Below are positions 52,701 to 64,000 of a DNA stretch of 64,000 nt, piece by piece; positions within the stretch are counted from its first letter, which is position 1, and every line of letters begins with the position of its first letter. Made by a program: the position numbers and the translations under genes. Source of the stretch: Macrostomum lignano (Eukaryota). Below the pieces are notes generated by a model. That model saw only the letters and a program-made list of their open reading frames with translations, was not told where the DNA came from and ran no database searches. Location of the stretch: the NCBI GenBank assembly GCA_002269645.1, contig NIVC01000221.1, positions 434,001 through 498,000 of the forward strand, written 5' to 3'.

Positions 52701-53894
52701 TTTTGCTTGCCACTACTTGCTCTGTTCCATGTACTTTTGCTTGTTACTATTTGCTCATGCACTTTTGGTTCCCATTATTTGCAAATGCACTGTATTCATA
52801 CAGTACTAAAATCGTGCATTTTAATATTTCATTAAACCTGTTCAAAAAAGTCTAATACAGATACTAAAAAGATATTTTAACGTTAAATATAGTTACAGAA
52901 ATCATTAAAACATTCTTTAACATAAAGACTCAAGGCAGCTTTGCCGGCCTGCTTCATCGGTCAGATTCTCATTGTCGGTCCAGTAGAGAGATCCGATAGA
53001 GAAACCGGCTCAATCGGCCAACGCTTCCATTTCAGAGCCTTAAGTTCACATGAAATCCCCATTTTCCCCATTTATCCCATTCAGGGAGCCCAAATGATAG
53101 AGAGATGCGGTTTTCGACGATTCTTCTCTCATTGTCGGTCCAGTAGAGAGATCCGATAGAGAAACCGGCTTAATCGGCCACCGCTTCCATTTCAGAGCCT
53201 TAAGTTCACATGAAATCCCAATTTTTCCCCATTTGTCCTATGCGGAAGCGGCCGGGGTGGAAGAAAGATCAATTACGCTTTTCTTGTCTATTTTGGGTCT
53301 GAATAGTGAGAATTTTGCAGCGGTTTGGTTGCTGGACTCACGGCTTCCAAATCGCGCTTAAGTTCAAATCCTCTTTCGAATATCACGGGGACTTAAAAAC
53401 GACATTTTAAAGTCGTATTTTGGCTAAATTAAAGAACCCTGTTTTTACGCATGAAAGAGCTGCGTCAATCCAAAATGCTTACTTGGTGAGTAAGTCAATT
53501 CATAGATGGAATTGCTGTAAGCCCCACCGCAAATCTGAGACGAGTTTCCGCTGCAAGCCAAGCTGCAGTGGCCAGCCGATGCGATGCCTTGCGATCCATA
53601 GGCCGAGCCGCAGCAGCAGAAGGCCGCAGACTGAACTCCAAAGTAGCGAAATCGGCCGTAAGAGCACATCTGGCTGCACAGTTGCAGTGTCATCTTGGCG
53701 TCATCGAAACCGAACGCTGGGGCGAGAGGGTGAGTCTCAAACTGTCCGAACTTTTTCACCCCCTCCAGTCCTACAAGATCTCGGTTGCCAACAGCGCCAT
53801 CCACGTAGCAGCCGAGGTGGCGAAACTCCAACGGTTGAGGCGGCACCGCAGCAGCGGCTGCCCAGCAGAGCAGCAGAGCGCAGAGTTTCAGCAT
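46721..53894 (-). CDS. WSC-PAN family unit 5: 218 aa if exon 53483-53894 is spliced to 46721-46965 across a 6.5-kb intron
   Basis: Intact leader + WSC exon (412 nt, donor A|gtaagc) and intact PAN exon (245 nt, cttctacag|TC), phase-compatible. The intron holds two element copies and two decoy exon ends, so this splicing is inferred. Confidence 0.6.
47146..47256 (-). pseudogene. Duplicated 3' end of the WSC exon with intact donor (copy 1; copy 2 at 50314-50424)
   Basis: HGIASAGHCSLACSGNSSQICGETYRNSIYELTYSP|gtaagc. Part of a direct repeat of about 220 bp at 47036, 50205 and 53374. Confidence 0.9.
47257..50204 (+). mobile_element. Defective element X, copy 1: inverted arms of tandem 161-bp units around a decayed transposase-like interior
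   Basis: 161-bp unit at 47261 and 47422, and inverted at about 49797-50068. The interior peptides FPRIEIENLQEVSVGPFHVQQSESYI and SRHTSRTYRV...AYYSSSKVGSRTAGCDCHVMAVLLLLG resemble the C-terminal SWIM-like region of Harbinger/ISL2EU-related transposases (by eye). The frames are broken. Confidence 0.65.
50425..53373 (+). mobile_element. Defective element X, copy 2 (tandem, near-identical)
   Basis: Offset 3168-3169 nt. The ORF track repeats identically except around a 1-bp indel near 52503. Confidence 0.7.
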
Positions 53895-54443
53895 TGGGAA
53901 AAAATCCCAGACAGTGACCGAACCGAAGTTTTTAAAGACGCTTCTTCTGATTCAGCCAAGAAACCAAAGCAATATATATGCTGGCAGAAGCCAATGAAAA
54001 ATCGCCTGCACTAATGCTGCATATGGATTGGTCGAGGTTTCACCAAAAAGCTTTTTTTGCACTTGGAGCTACACAGGGCCTTGAAGGAATTCTTTAGATA
54101 GATGTGGGCATCTAATGTTTCCCTATTTTTCCTAAGGAAGATTTCAATTACTTGCCTGCAGTACAAGTCAGATATTAGGCTAAAAATTAAAACAAATGAA
54201 AATACATCTATGATTTTTTATTTGTAGTTGACATTTGAAAAAGTCTTATAAATATTGAGACATGGCTCTAAAGTACAACTGTGTATTTTTATAAGTGCGC
54301 CATGATTATTATGTTTCTTTCCAGAATTCTTCTCGGTTATTGTCGTTGTTATTGTTATTATTGTTTATTATTATTATTACTATGTTATTATTATGTGATT
54401 AATATTAATAATATTATTGTTATTGTCATTAGATCGATCAGCC

Positions 54444-56511
54444 TCACAGCTTCATCCAGACCCACTCAGTCTCGCTGGCCACCTCAGCGGGCCCAGCGGC
54501 GAATCTCAGCAGGCGGCACATGCGGCTCGAAGGCACGAAGGCGCAGCCCTGACAGACCGGGCTTCGCTGGCAGGTGGCGGCGCATTGGATGGCGCTCTTC
54601 GCCGTGGAGTTGCGATAGGCAGAAGCGCTCGCCAAGACTGAGATGCTTGGCATGTCGGTCACTGGTAGCTTGGTCATGATTTTTTCAGCTGTGGGAGAAT
54701 TGCAAGGTTTACTCAAAATTATAGGAATCAATCAGTCAACCAAACGTAGGTTTTGTAGTTTTCAAATGATGAATGTCCCATTAAGGCATAAAGAATCTTA
54801 TGGTTGACTGAAAGAATCCATTAAGGCATATCCCAGATCCTGTCGATTTCAGGGGTCCTTAGACTAGTACTCTACTAGCGGCGCTCTGATGTGCCAGCGG
54901 CCCAGGCTCGATTCCAAGTGCGGTCAAATTAATTTGGTGCTAAATTGGAATCTCGGCTTGGCTCTGCTCGTGTAATTAGCGGCCTTGAAGGCCTATCACC
55001 CAGGCGCAGTGAAGTGTAAATTCCTAACCATTTTATAAAAGGTTGTTTTTCAAAAAATCGACAATCAACAAAAAGGAACACCAACACCAACTTGCACCGT
55101 GAAAAGGGTTTCTTCACGGTAAGAGGGTCAAATCCAAAGTTAGAACCCCACAGAATAAAGATAGTTTGGGCCATAGACAGCCCAAGACTGAGAGACAGGC
55201 AAACCTTTAAGTGGACATCCAAACTGGCAATTTACAGCCATAGAGATCGATGTGCCTTTCTGTTAGATTCTACACAGTTGTCAGAGCTTGCCTTCACATT
55301 AGCATTACGGATTGTTATTGTATGGTTATTCCCCCAGTTCTATTTAAGTTTTTAAAACACAATCACACTTAGGTGTTAATCAACTTATTTATAAATGTAA
55401 ATTGCAAGTTTAGACGTCCACTCCCGCGCGCCTAAAAATTTGATTGCCTCTTCCTAGTTAAATCTTCCGTCTTCCGACTTACCTGACTGGCTGAGGCTAA
55501 CTTGGAAGAAGTGGGTGATTTAACTAGGAAGACGGAAGAATCGTTTAATTTATTGAGCGTCGCGGAAATTTAGGACCTATACCTGAATTTTACTACTGCG
55601 GTTAGTAGTTGAATAAAATTTAGTAAGATGATTAATTATTTTAGTTATGAAAAGCCCTAGAAGTAGTAGGAATAACAATTGAAGTACAGCTTTGTTTAAG
55701 TGCTTTTAATTCAAACGGTCAGTTTAACTAGGGCTCGATCTTTAATTTCACTCATTCTTAGTTTAACCCTGAATATTCACAGCTAAACTAGAAATTCAAC
55801 TAGGAATAGGCTTAATTTTTTTAAGCGGCCTTCCAGGTTTGCCTGTCTCTCAGTCAGGCTTCTCAGTGCTGTCTATGGCCCCATCTATATCTTTATTCTA
55901 TGAGATTTTTAGTCGGACAAAAGCAGTATCAGTATAATTCGCTTTATTTCAGGCCTCCGGTAGCATTTCTTGTTTCATACCCATACTTGTTTCAGATAAA
56001 ATTAGGAAGCTCAACATTCAAGCTTCAGTGAAACTGACATGTTTTGTGAGTTTAGCCAACTTTCAATGCATGCAAGCGATTACCTACTAGGCTTATAGAC
56101 GATTTCAAAGATGGAATTGGTCCAGCTGGCACCGCACACCTGCGACGCGTTCCCACTGCAAAGAGCAGCGCATTTTCTCTCCTCGACCGCGCCAAGCGAC
56201 CCGTAAGCAGATCCGCAGCAGCAAAAAAAAGCTGCTTGCACACCAAAATAGCGGAACCGACCGTATGAGCAGATCCGGCTGCACTTCTGCAGTGTCATTT
56301 TCCTGCTCTTGACGAAGGCGCTGTACTTGCGGTCAACTGTGTACCGGTCTAACGCAATGACGCCTTCCAGTCCTTGCAGGTCTCGATCGCTGTTACTTCT
56401 GCTGTCAGCGAAGCATCCGATGTAGCGAACTTCTCGAAACTGGGGCGGCTCAGAAGCCAGCAACGGCACCCATGCAGACAGGAAGGCAACTAAAATTATA
56501 GGCGCTTGCAT
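54444..56511 (-). CDS. WSC-PAN family unit 6: divergent secreted WSC + PAN protein, 222 aa (exons 56088-56511, 54444-54688)
   Basis: MQAPIILVAFLSAWVPLLAS leader and VRYIGCFAD...CCCG...CGASWTNSIF. Donor CCT A|gtaggt and acceptor ctcccacag|CT, phase 1. 424+245 nt; 1399-nt intron. Confidence 0.87.
54888..55020 (+). mobile_element. Truncated SINE family 1 copy in the unit-6 intron
   Basis: gtgccagcggcccaggctcgattccaagtgc...ggaatctcggcttggctctgctcgtg...aggcgcagtgaagtgta matches about 29295-29425. Confidence 0.8.
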
Positions 56512-56974
56512 TGCTCCAGGTGTGTTTCCATTTCTTCATAGCAATCAGCCGTCAAAGTCTTTATACTGACAGCCAGACAATTATCATGGCAGCTTTTCAA
56601 AAGAGGATTTTCGATGCTTCAATTCTAGACAGGGAAAATGTAGGATTTTTGTTCGTGAGAGCGAAAGAAGTTGAATATGCGGGAACTACCAGCTGTGGTG
56701 AAGTAGACAGCTTATTATTGCCTTTTAGCACCTGGCATCTGTAAAGTTGAATTGTTGAATCTAAAGATATCTTCTTTCGGTTGGAAATATTCAGTTGTTT
56801 AGTCTTCAATTCCAATACCTCAGCTTCAAGACTTACTAGTTGCAAATGAAGTAAAGATGTGTCCTGTTCAAGTCGCAACCACAAGTTTATCAAGATATTT
56901 TCCATGAAATGCAGCAGCTGTATTCACTGTTGTCCCATGATTTTGCGGACCGGAATCCTGTCCGACCACCCACC

Positions 56975-57090
56975 AGATCGATAATCACCATCTACCAGAT
57001 CGATATTCATCATCTCTCAGATTGATATTCAACATCTGTCAGATCGATAATCATCACCTACCAGATCGATAATCACCATCTACCAGATCT
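56975..57090 (+). repeat. 22-bp minisatellite ACCAGATCGATAATCACCATCT, about 5 copies
   Basis: Directly visible. Confidence 0.85.
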
Positions 57091-57299
57091 GAAGAAAGAT
57101 CCTATCAAAAAATTACATTTGCAGTTGTTATACCAACAAGCTTTATAAATAATAAAAGATAAACCACATAAAATACACGAGATTCAGATTTGGCCAAGTC
57201 CGCCATGATTAGGTATTACTCAGAACTCTTGTCACTGTTTATCATTAGATAGATCGAAATCATCAGGACTCACGCAGCCTCACAGTGCAGTGATAGTTT

Positions 57300-57598
57300 T
57301 ATCCAGACCCACTCAGCCTCACAGCTTCATCCAGACCCACTCAGCCTCACAGCTTCATCCAGACCCACTCAGCCTCACAGCTTCATCCAGACCCACTCAG
57401 CCTCACAGCTTCATCCAGACCCACTCAGCCTCACAGCTTCATCCAGACCCACTCAGCCTCACAGCTTCATCCAGACCCACTCAGCCTCACAGCTTCATCC
57501 AGACCCACTCAGCCTCACAGCTTCATCCAGACCCACTCAGCCTCACAGCTTCATCCAGACCCACTCAGCCTCACAACATCATCCAGACCCGCTCAGTC
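57300..57598 (-). repeat. 28-bp stop-codon minisatellite of unit 7 (about 10 near-perfect copies)
   Basis: Same unit. Confidence 0.95.
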
Positions 57599-58762
57599 TC
57601 GCTAGCCACCTCAGCGGTGAATCTAAGCAGGCGGCACATGCGGCTCGAAGGCACAAAGGCGCAGCCCTGACAGTCCGGGCTTCGCTGGCAGAAGGAGGCG
57701 CACTGGAAGACACTGCTGACTTCTGTGCTAAGGGCGGTGACGGATTTCAGCTTCTTGTAGCTTGAAACGGTTGGCATTTTTACAACTTGCAGTCTTGTCA
57801 GCAGAGAGCGATCTGAGTGTGGTGGTACATGTGTTAGGATAGGAATATTGTCAATTGCTAAGATTAATTACTGTCAAATTTACGTTTTTACCCAGCATTC
57901 AAACTCGGACTTACCCACATGATAAGTTACTTCATGCATAAATAGAGTTGCTCACTTCCCCACCGCATATCTGAGATACATTGCCGCTGCATTTGGATTG
58001 GCAGTTGCTCTCAAAATCCTTTCCATTTGATCCGTACATCCTGCCGCAGTAGCAAAACGAATCGAATTGACAACCAAAGTAGCGGAACCGCCCATATGAG
58101 CAGCTCGGGCTGCACAGCTCCACAGTGAGCGAATTACTTTCAAAAAACCGCCGACAGCATTTAAATGGCCCAGCGAGACCAAAGCCCTGGGCTAACGCCC
58201 CCGACTACCGGCAATCCCGTGCGGTTGTCCCCTGTCCTTCCCCCGCCTTGCGCTGGGCCCTGCTTGGACTCTACTGCAGGGACATCAGGGCGGTGAACAT
58301 GGCCGTCATGGCTGTTTTGCCAGGCATCGTCACCTCCATGGAAAAATCCGCAGTGAGGAATGCCCCTTCTGCCTCTCCGGTGTCGAGAATGCGGAGCACT
58401 TTATCTGTGAATGCCCCGCCTTTACTAGGCTCACCTACCTCGGCCCAAACCCGGATCTCTCCGATGTTTTCTGGCCCGAGAATCTCTGCCAGCTCGTCCG
58501 CTACCCAAGGGCTACCGGGTGGACGACAAACCACCTCCTGGACTCTCTGGAGGGGGACTGCGCTGCGGACACCGGCACCACTGGAACTCCCTGCGCGACA
58601 CCGCAGCAAGAGACCAGAGCCCAAAATTCCTCTCAGATCTTTGTAACTTTCCGCATAGCAACCGACGTAGCGAATGCGTTGCGATTGCGGTGGTACGGAA
58701 GTGGTGCACAGCCTACCAAGAGCTGCACAGAACAGCAGGAGATTAATTGGTAGTATTTTTAT
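57571..58762 (-). pseudogene. WSC-PAN family unit 7 (pseudogene)
   Basis: Reconstructed (I)[50 protein letters not shown]|[34 protein letters not shown]... The presumed start reads ATA. A 422-bp insertion interrupts exon 1, and a 4-bp frameshift (TAT GCA TGA) precedes the donor at 57914. Acceptor cacactcag|AT at 57813; the PAN exon is open. Confidence 0.85.
58188..58609 (-). mobile_element. 422-bp GC-rich insertion with a 13-bp target-site duplication
   Basis: gagacca(a/g)agccc at 58175-58187 and 58610-58622. Removing the insert and one repeat restores the WSC frame. Confidence 0.8.
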
Positions 58763-59794
58763 CTTTGCATAGCTAATTCAGATAATAAATACGCTCGTAT
58801 GAGGATAATAAATCTGTGTCGGCAGTCCATGAGTTCGATTTCTCGCATTCATCGATTTACTCAGATATGTGAATTTCTTGCTTTCTTGAGTTATGCGTAT
58901 ATTCACAGGTCCTGTCAAAGTTTACCCAACCCCCTTTCCTTACTCCCGCTTCGGTGGCCAGGGATCGATTTGGGAGAAAAAAAGAGAATGAATGCTGATG
59001 GAAGAAGATCCATTCGATTTCTCCTGACTTGCAGAGTCGCATTCTTCACTTCCGACGCGGGTGAGGAGTGACAGCTCTGCCTTGGTTGATTCACAGGCAT
59101 CAGTAAGGAAGACTTGGGATCTGTTTTCTCACGGTTGGATGCAGGGAAACTTTTCCAGCTTCCTGGATAAAGGAAGTGGACCAAGCGAGCTGATGAAGAT
59201 TGTAACTAAAGTGACGCTTTTGTTCAGGACAGCAAAAGCAGTCCAACTGTTGCTGTCACAGAGGCACCTCTGCTACTTTGGATGCTCAGTTTTCAGTTTC
59301 CATTGAATATTTTATTTTTTATTTCATAATTCGTCCTACCGTTTTGCAGTGAAGTTGAGCTCCTGTAAAGATTGCTCAAATAGATTTGTGCCGTCATAGC
59401 GTAACCCTTTTCTATCTTTAGTTTCTCACGAAAAAGCATGATGCAAAAGAAGCAACATTAAGATCGTGTTAGTTCACGGTTCTTTAGGTTGAAATTCATT
59501 TATACTGCCACGCGTTTGGCAATTCCGTCAATAAGTGTGACTTAAAGGTAGTTTATTAGTTTCCTAGTTATAATTCGGTATCGTTGATGAAGCGTATCAA
59601 CCCAACGAGATAAACTTTCAACATTTTATCTTAAATGGAAAATAAAGAATCTCTTAAAACCTTATTACAGAACATTATGCACGTACCAGCTTGTTACAAT
59701 GGCAGCAAGATATGTACTGATAGAACATAAAATACTTTTGACGCCTAGAAGGACTACTGTTTGAGTTTTTTATTGTAGAAACAGTGATAGTTTA

Positions 59795-60145
59795 CCCAGA
59801 CCCGCTCAGCCTCACAGCTCCATCCATACCCACTCAGTCTCACAGTTTCATCCAGACCCTCTCATTCTCACAGCCTCATCCAGACCCGCTCAGTCTCACA
59901 GCTCCATTCATACCCACTCAGTCTCACAGTTTCATCCAGACCCTCTCATTCTCAAAGCCTCATCCAGACCCACTCAGCCTCACAGCTTCATCCAGACCCT
60001 CTCATTCTCACAGCCTCATCCAGACCCGCTTAACCTCACAGCTTCATCCAGACCCACTCAGTCTCACAGTTTCATCCAGACCCACTCAGCCTCATAGCTT
60101 CATCCAGACCTACTCAGCCTCACAGCTTCATCCAGACCCATTCAG
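59795..60145 (-). repeat. 28-bp stop-codon minisatellite of unit 8 (about 12 diverged copies, with an 84-bp higher-order duplication)
   Basis: Lies between the stop (60120) and AATAAA (59769-59774). Confidence 0.92.
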
Positions 60146-61066
60146 CCTCGCTGGCCACCTCAGCGGGCACAGCGGTGAATCTCAGCAGGCGGCACATGCG
60201 GCTCAAAGGCGCGAAGGCGCAGCCCTGACAGTCCGGGCTTCGCTGGCAGGCGGCAGCGCACTGGATGGCGCTCTTGGCATAGACGCTGCTGTGAGTGATG
60301 GAGCTCAGTGAAGCTGAGATGCTCGGCATGGCAGAAGCTGGCAGCTTGGTCACTGCTTGGCCAGCTACAAAAGTTGTATTAGAACAGAATTTAGAAATTT
60401 TTACTCAAAAACTAGAAATAATAAATCTGTTTACGAGTGTATGGAAATATCTGGGATTTATTCAACGAACACCGATTGCCCTGACTTTTCCAGTTAGAAT
60501 TTGCAGTTTGGTTTTAAAAAGAATACTTTCAGTATGAAATCATAAAAAATCCTGCTTTGTGTTACGGTTTTTGATGTTTTAATGAGGTTGCCGTCCTGAC
60601 AGGCAAAACAAAATTTGCATGATAAAAAGTCCCTCTCACCGTGATTGTAAATATTTTCGTAGACGGAGTTCCTCATGTCTCCACCACAAATTTGAGATGA
60701 GTTTCCCTTGCATTTATACGAGCAGTCACTAGCCGAGGCTGTACCGAACGAGCCGTAGGTGTTGCCGCAGCAGCAGTATCCACCGTACCTCGCTCCGAAG
60801 TACCGAAATCTCCCATAAGCGCAGATCTGGCTGCACAGCTGCAGCGTCATCGAAGCGCCTTGCGCAATTGATGGCCATCCTGACAAGATCGAATACGGAC
60901 CGAATGTAGCGACTCCAACGAGGCCCGTCATGTCGGGGTGGTCCGTAGTGTCCACGAAGCAGCCGATGTAGCGGAATGTCGTCGGATGAGGCGGCACGGA
61001 AGTCAAGCAGCTTCCGAACGCTGCCCACATCAGCAAGTAGCCTACAGAAAAGCTTTTTGAAAACAT
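60120..61066 (-). CDS. WSC-PAN family unit 8: secreted WSC + PAN protein, 223 aa (exons 60640-61066, 60120-60364)
   Basis: MFSKSFSVGYLLMWAAFGSCLTS leader and FRYIGCFVD...YCCCG...ICGGDMRNSVY. Donor CAC G|gtgaga and acceptor cttttgtag|CT, phase 1. 427+245 nt. Confidence 0.9.
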
Positions 61067-61314
61067 TTGATCCTCTGCTGGTCTTTATGGTCAGTGTTTG
61101 GAGTTTTGGGGTTTCCGAATGTGCCTGCTCTGTGCTGTGAACCGGTTCCTACGCTTATGTTTTGATCGTAACCGCTTCTGATGTTTTCCCGACTCGGGAA
61201 TGGCTGTCTGGTTGCTAGGGGCCTGAGCCAGTGAGAAAGCAGCTGCATTTTCAAGCTCGTGCTGCGCTCATGAGCCACTAAAATAAAGTTAAGGACGCTG
61301 CACTCGCCAATCGC

Positions 61315-61566
61315 GGGTTGTAGCCTAGTGGTTAGATCGTCGGACTCACGACTTGAAGGCCGGGGGTTCGATTCCCTATCCACTCAGAAAAATTTGTGTC
61401 ATTGAGCAAGACACTTGACTCTGCATTGCTTCAGTTCACACAGCTGTAAAATCGGTGCCAGCATTAGCTGGGGTAATTGAGGGTGTGTGGCGACTCCCAG
61501 TCCCTGGACTTAACAGCCGTACGCAGCCTTCAGCTGCTCCGCGCAATTGCTGCGGCTGAGCTGTCG
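61315..61566 (+). mobile_element. tRNA-headed SINE family 2 (CORE/MIR-like body)
   Basis: TAGCCTAGTGG and GGTTCGATTCC boxes; ttgagcaagacacttgactct...cttcagtt...ctgtaaaat. Shares the 3' end gctgagctgtcg with the 45066 copy. Confidence 0.78.
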
Positions 61567-62059
61567 TTCCATTAAGCTTTGCGTTTCATTTCGATCTGTT
61601 TCGGAAATACAACTGTGTTTTGAGCGCTGTCGTTCTGTAATAATACATTTTTCAATCTATTCACTTGAATAATTTCGTTTCACATTGTATTGGGCAGTCC
61701 AGATATTGAGATGCGCGAGTTTAGTGTTAAAAACTGAACTTAGTTGCGTATATCATGTCAGGTTCAGAATGTATTTACAACTATATTAAATCCAAAAGTT
61801 TAAATTGAGCTAGTAAATTTAATTTTGAATGTAACAATCCTTTATTAGTAATTTTAGTAGAACCATACGTTTTCCCTCGACACTTGCATTCCATTCACAA
61901 TAAAGGCATTGCATTTTCAGTAGTTATTCTTGATAGCGTTGCAAATAATAAGGCATAAAGAATAGTCAAAGCCTGAGTCATGTCTATTTTTAATAAGTGC
62001 GCTATAATTCTTGCCCAGAATCCTTTTAACAGTTTTTCATTAGAGATGAATCAGCGTGG

Positions 62060-62510
62060 CAGTTTCATCCAGACCCACTCAGCATCACAGCTTCATCCAG
62101 ACCCACTCAGCTTCACAGCTTCATCCAGATCCGCTCAGCCTCACAGCTTTAATTAGACCCACTCAGCTTCACAGCTTTATCCAGATCCACTCAGCTTCAC
62201 AGCTTCATTCAGACCCACTCAGTTTCACAGTTTCATCCAGATCTGCTCAGTCTCACAGCTTTAATTAGACCCACTCAGCTTCACAGCTTTATCCAGATCC
62301 ACTCAGCTTCACAGCTTCATTCAGACCCACTCAGTTTCACAGTTTCATCCAGATCTGCTCAGTCTCACAGCTTCATCCAGACCCATTCAGCCTCACAGCT
62401 TCATCCAAATCCGCTCAGCCTCACAGCTTCATCCAGACCCATTCAGCCTCACAGCTTCATCCAGATCCGCTCAGCCTCACAGCTTCATCCAGACCCACTG
62501 AACCTCACAG
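62060..62510 (-). repeat. 28-bp stop-codon minisatellite of unit 9 (about 16 copies, with a 112-bp higher-order duplication)
   Basis: Same unit, diverged. Confidence 0.92.
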
Positions 62511-62922
62511 ACTCAAGGTGCAGCCCAGACAGTCCGGGCTTCTCTGGCAGGTGGCAGCTCACTCGATGACTTCGCTGACTTCTGCGCTAAGGTCAGTTAC
62601 GGATCTCAGCTTCATAAAGCTTGAAATGCTCGGCATTTTTCGCCCCTTGCAGCCATGTCAGCAGAGAGCGATCTGAGTGTGATACACGCGTTAGGATAGG
62701 ACATTCGATCAATTTTTAAGACCAATTATTGTCAAAGATATGCTTTTCTTACTGAGCAGTCAAATAGACGCCCCCCCCCCTACTTACCCACAGGGTAAAT
62801 TACTTCATAAGCAGAGTCGCTCAGTTCAAGGCCGCACATCTGAGACACATTTTCGCTGCATTCGGATTGACAGTTGCTCTCCAATTCCTTCCAGTTGGAT
62901 CCGCTAGTCCGGCCGCAGGAGC
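62504..62922 (-). pseudogene. WSC-PAN family unit 9 (pseudogene, closest to unit 7)
   Basis: WSC 3' half SCGRTSGSNWKELESNCQSECSENVSQMCGLELSDSAYEVIYPV G|gtaagt (donor at 62787); the 5' half is missing. The PAN exon has a +1 frameshift, TGA in place of the first Cys, and a deletion running into the array. Confidence 0.85.
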
Positions 62923-63252
62923 GTGAAGAGTTTTAACAGTGGCGATCAGTCACTCGAAAACTCCCACTTCTATAGACACTGGGGGACACTTGCTGAACTG
63001 TAGTAGTGATAATTGGCTTCTGTGAACTGTTGTCTCCTGGAGTCCTTAACTTTATCTGTTGATCGGGCAAAAACAAGAGCGAATCAGAAGTCCTGACGGT
63101 CCTCGAGCTCGAAATTAAAAATTGAATTCTCTGAGTTTCTGTAGTAGGTCCTCATGAAGGGCGTCTTCTTCGTTACGTCCGAAACGTGACGGATATTTCA
63201 AATTAATAAAATACATCCTCTGGGAATATATATCCTAAGAAACAAGGAGGTC

Positions 63253-63612
63253 GAGGGGGCCGTAGCCCAGCGGTAGCGCAGCTGCTCTGGTGTGCCGCGA
63301 CCCAGGCTCGATTCCAAGTGCAGCCACATTAATTTGGGGCTGGATTGGAATCTTGGCTTGGCTCGCTTGTGCAATTAACGGCCTTGAGAGCCAACCCCCC
63401 CAAGGCGCAGTGAAGTGTACATGCCTAACAATTGATAAAGTTAGGGCCGCTGTACACTCCTGTATGAGTGTGTGCCTGCGTAACGTATCCGCGCGCTTGT
63501 ATGCCTGCTCAGGGGAGTCGGCGGAATGGGCATTAATGCCTTTCGCCGGTTGTGTGCCAATGACGCTTAAATTGCGCCAGGGTGCACACAACCCCCCTGC
63601 CTCTAATAAAAA
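63253..63612 (+). mobile_element. tRNA-derived SINE family 1, full length with target-site duplication
   Basis: Same head, body and A-tail as the 29258 copy. TSD aaacaaggaggtc at 63240-63252 and 63613-63625. Confidence 0.93.
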
Positions 63613-64000
63613 AAACAAGGAGGTCTTTCTTAAATGGGCCGGCAAAAAGGCTCTCGTAAGCAACTATAATAAACTTATTAATTAACGCTAGCAACAAAGA
63701 ACTAAATTTGGTAAGCGCTTACCAATTGGACAAGTATCGTCCCTCAGAGATTGGTCTTCTTTTCTTTGTCTTCAAAGTCTTCTTTGAGACCGCTCCGGGT
63801 CTGAATTTTTTACTCGGATTTTCACTTATATTTATAGCAAAATTTTCGGGAAAAACCGGTTTGAGATCAGATATTTACTTAGGTCATACATGTTTGAATA
63901 AGCAGTAATGAATGTCTGAGCATTACCACGTACTGAGTTGAGCAAACACAGCTGCTAAAATCCGGTCCTTGGATCAAATAAACGTTGGTCCTACGTAGGG

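Noticed and set aside
56597-56905. 102-aa coiled-coil-like ORF upstream of unit 6
   Set aside because: No recognisable domain, splice support or paralog in the window.

Overview
Eukaryotic, most likely invertebrate animal, genomic DNA: GT-AG introns, AATAAA signals, tRNA-derived SINEs, a mariner and large minisatellites. A Macrostomum-type flatworm is only my inference. The main content is a tandem cluster of nine copies of a two-exon gene that the ORF track does not show. Exon 1 encodes a signal peptide plus a WSC domain, a phase-1 intron follows, and exon 2 encodes a Ser/Thr linker plus a PAN/Apple-like domain, giving a secreted protein of about 220 aa. Five copies have an intact spliced ORF (4119-4992, 39688-40564, 46721-53894, 54444-56511, 60120-61066, all minus strand). 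Four are pseudogenes broken by deletion, frameshift or insertion. Most copies carry a 3'-UTR minisatellite made from the gene's own last 28 nt, including the stop codon, at 1 to about 16 copies per paralog. About 27 kb (5.9-31.7 kb) separates the first gene pair from the rest. It holds a family of mutually related minisatellites (20, 22/23, 28, 30 and 31 bp units), a 151-bp satellite, a frameshifted mariner with a SINE inside it, an orphan PHD-finger exon and an unclassified dispersed repeat. Also present: a segmental duplication (1-5.2 kb vs 32.9-40.8 kb), a foldback MITE, and a 3.17-kb tandem duplication of a defective inverted-repeat element inside one gene's intron. There are no rRNA, true tRNA or CRISPR features. 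All calls come from reading and manual translation; no searches were run.
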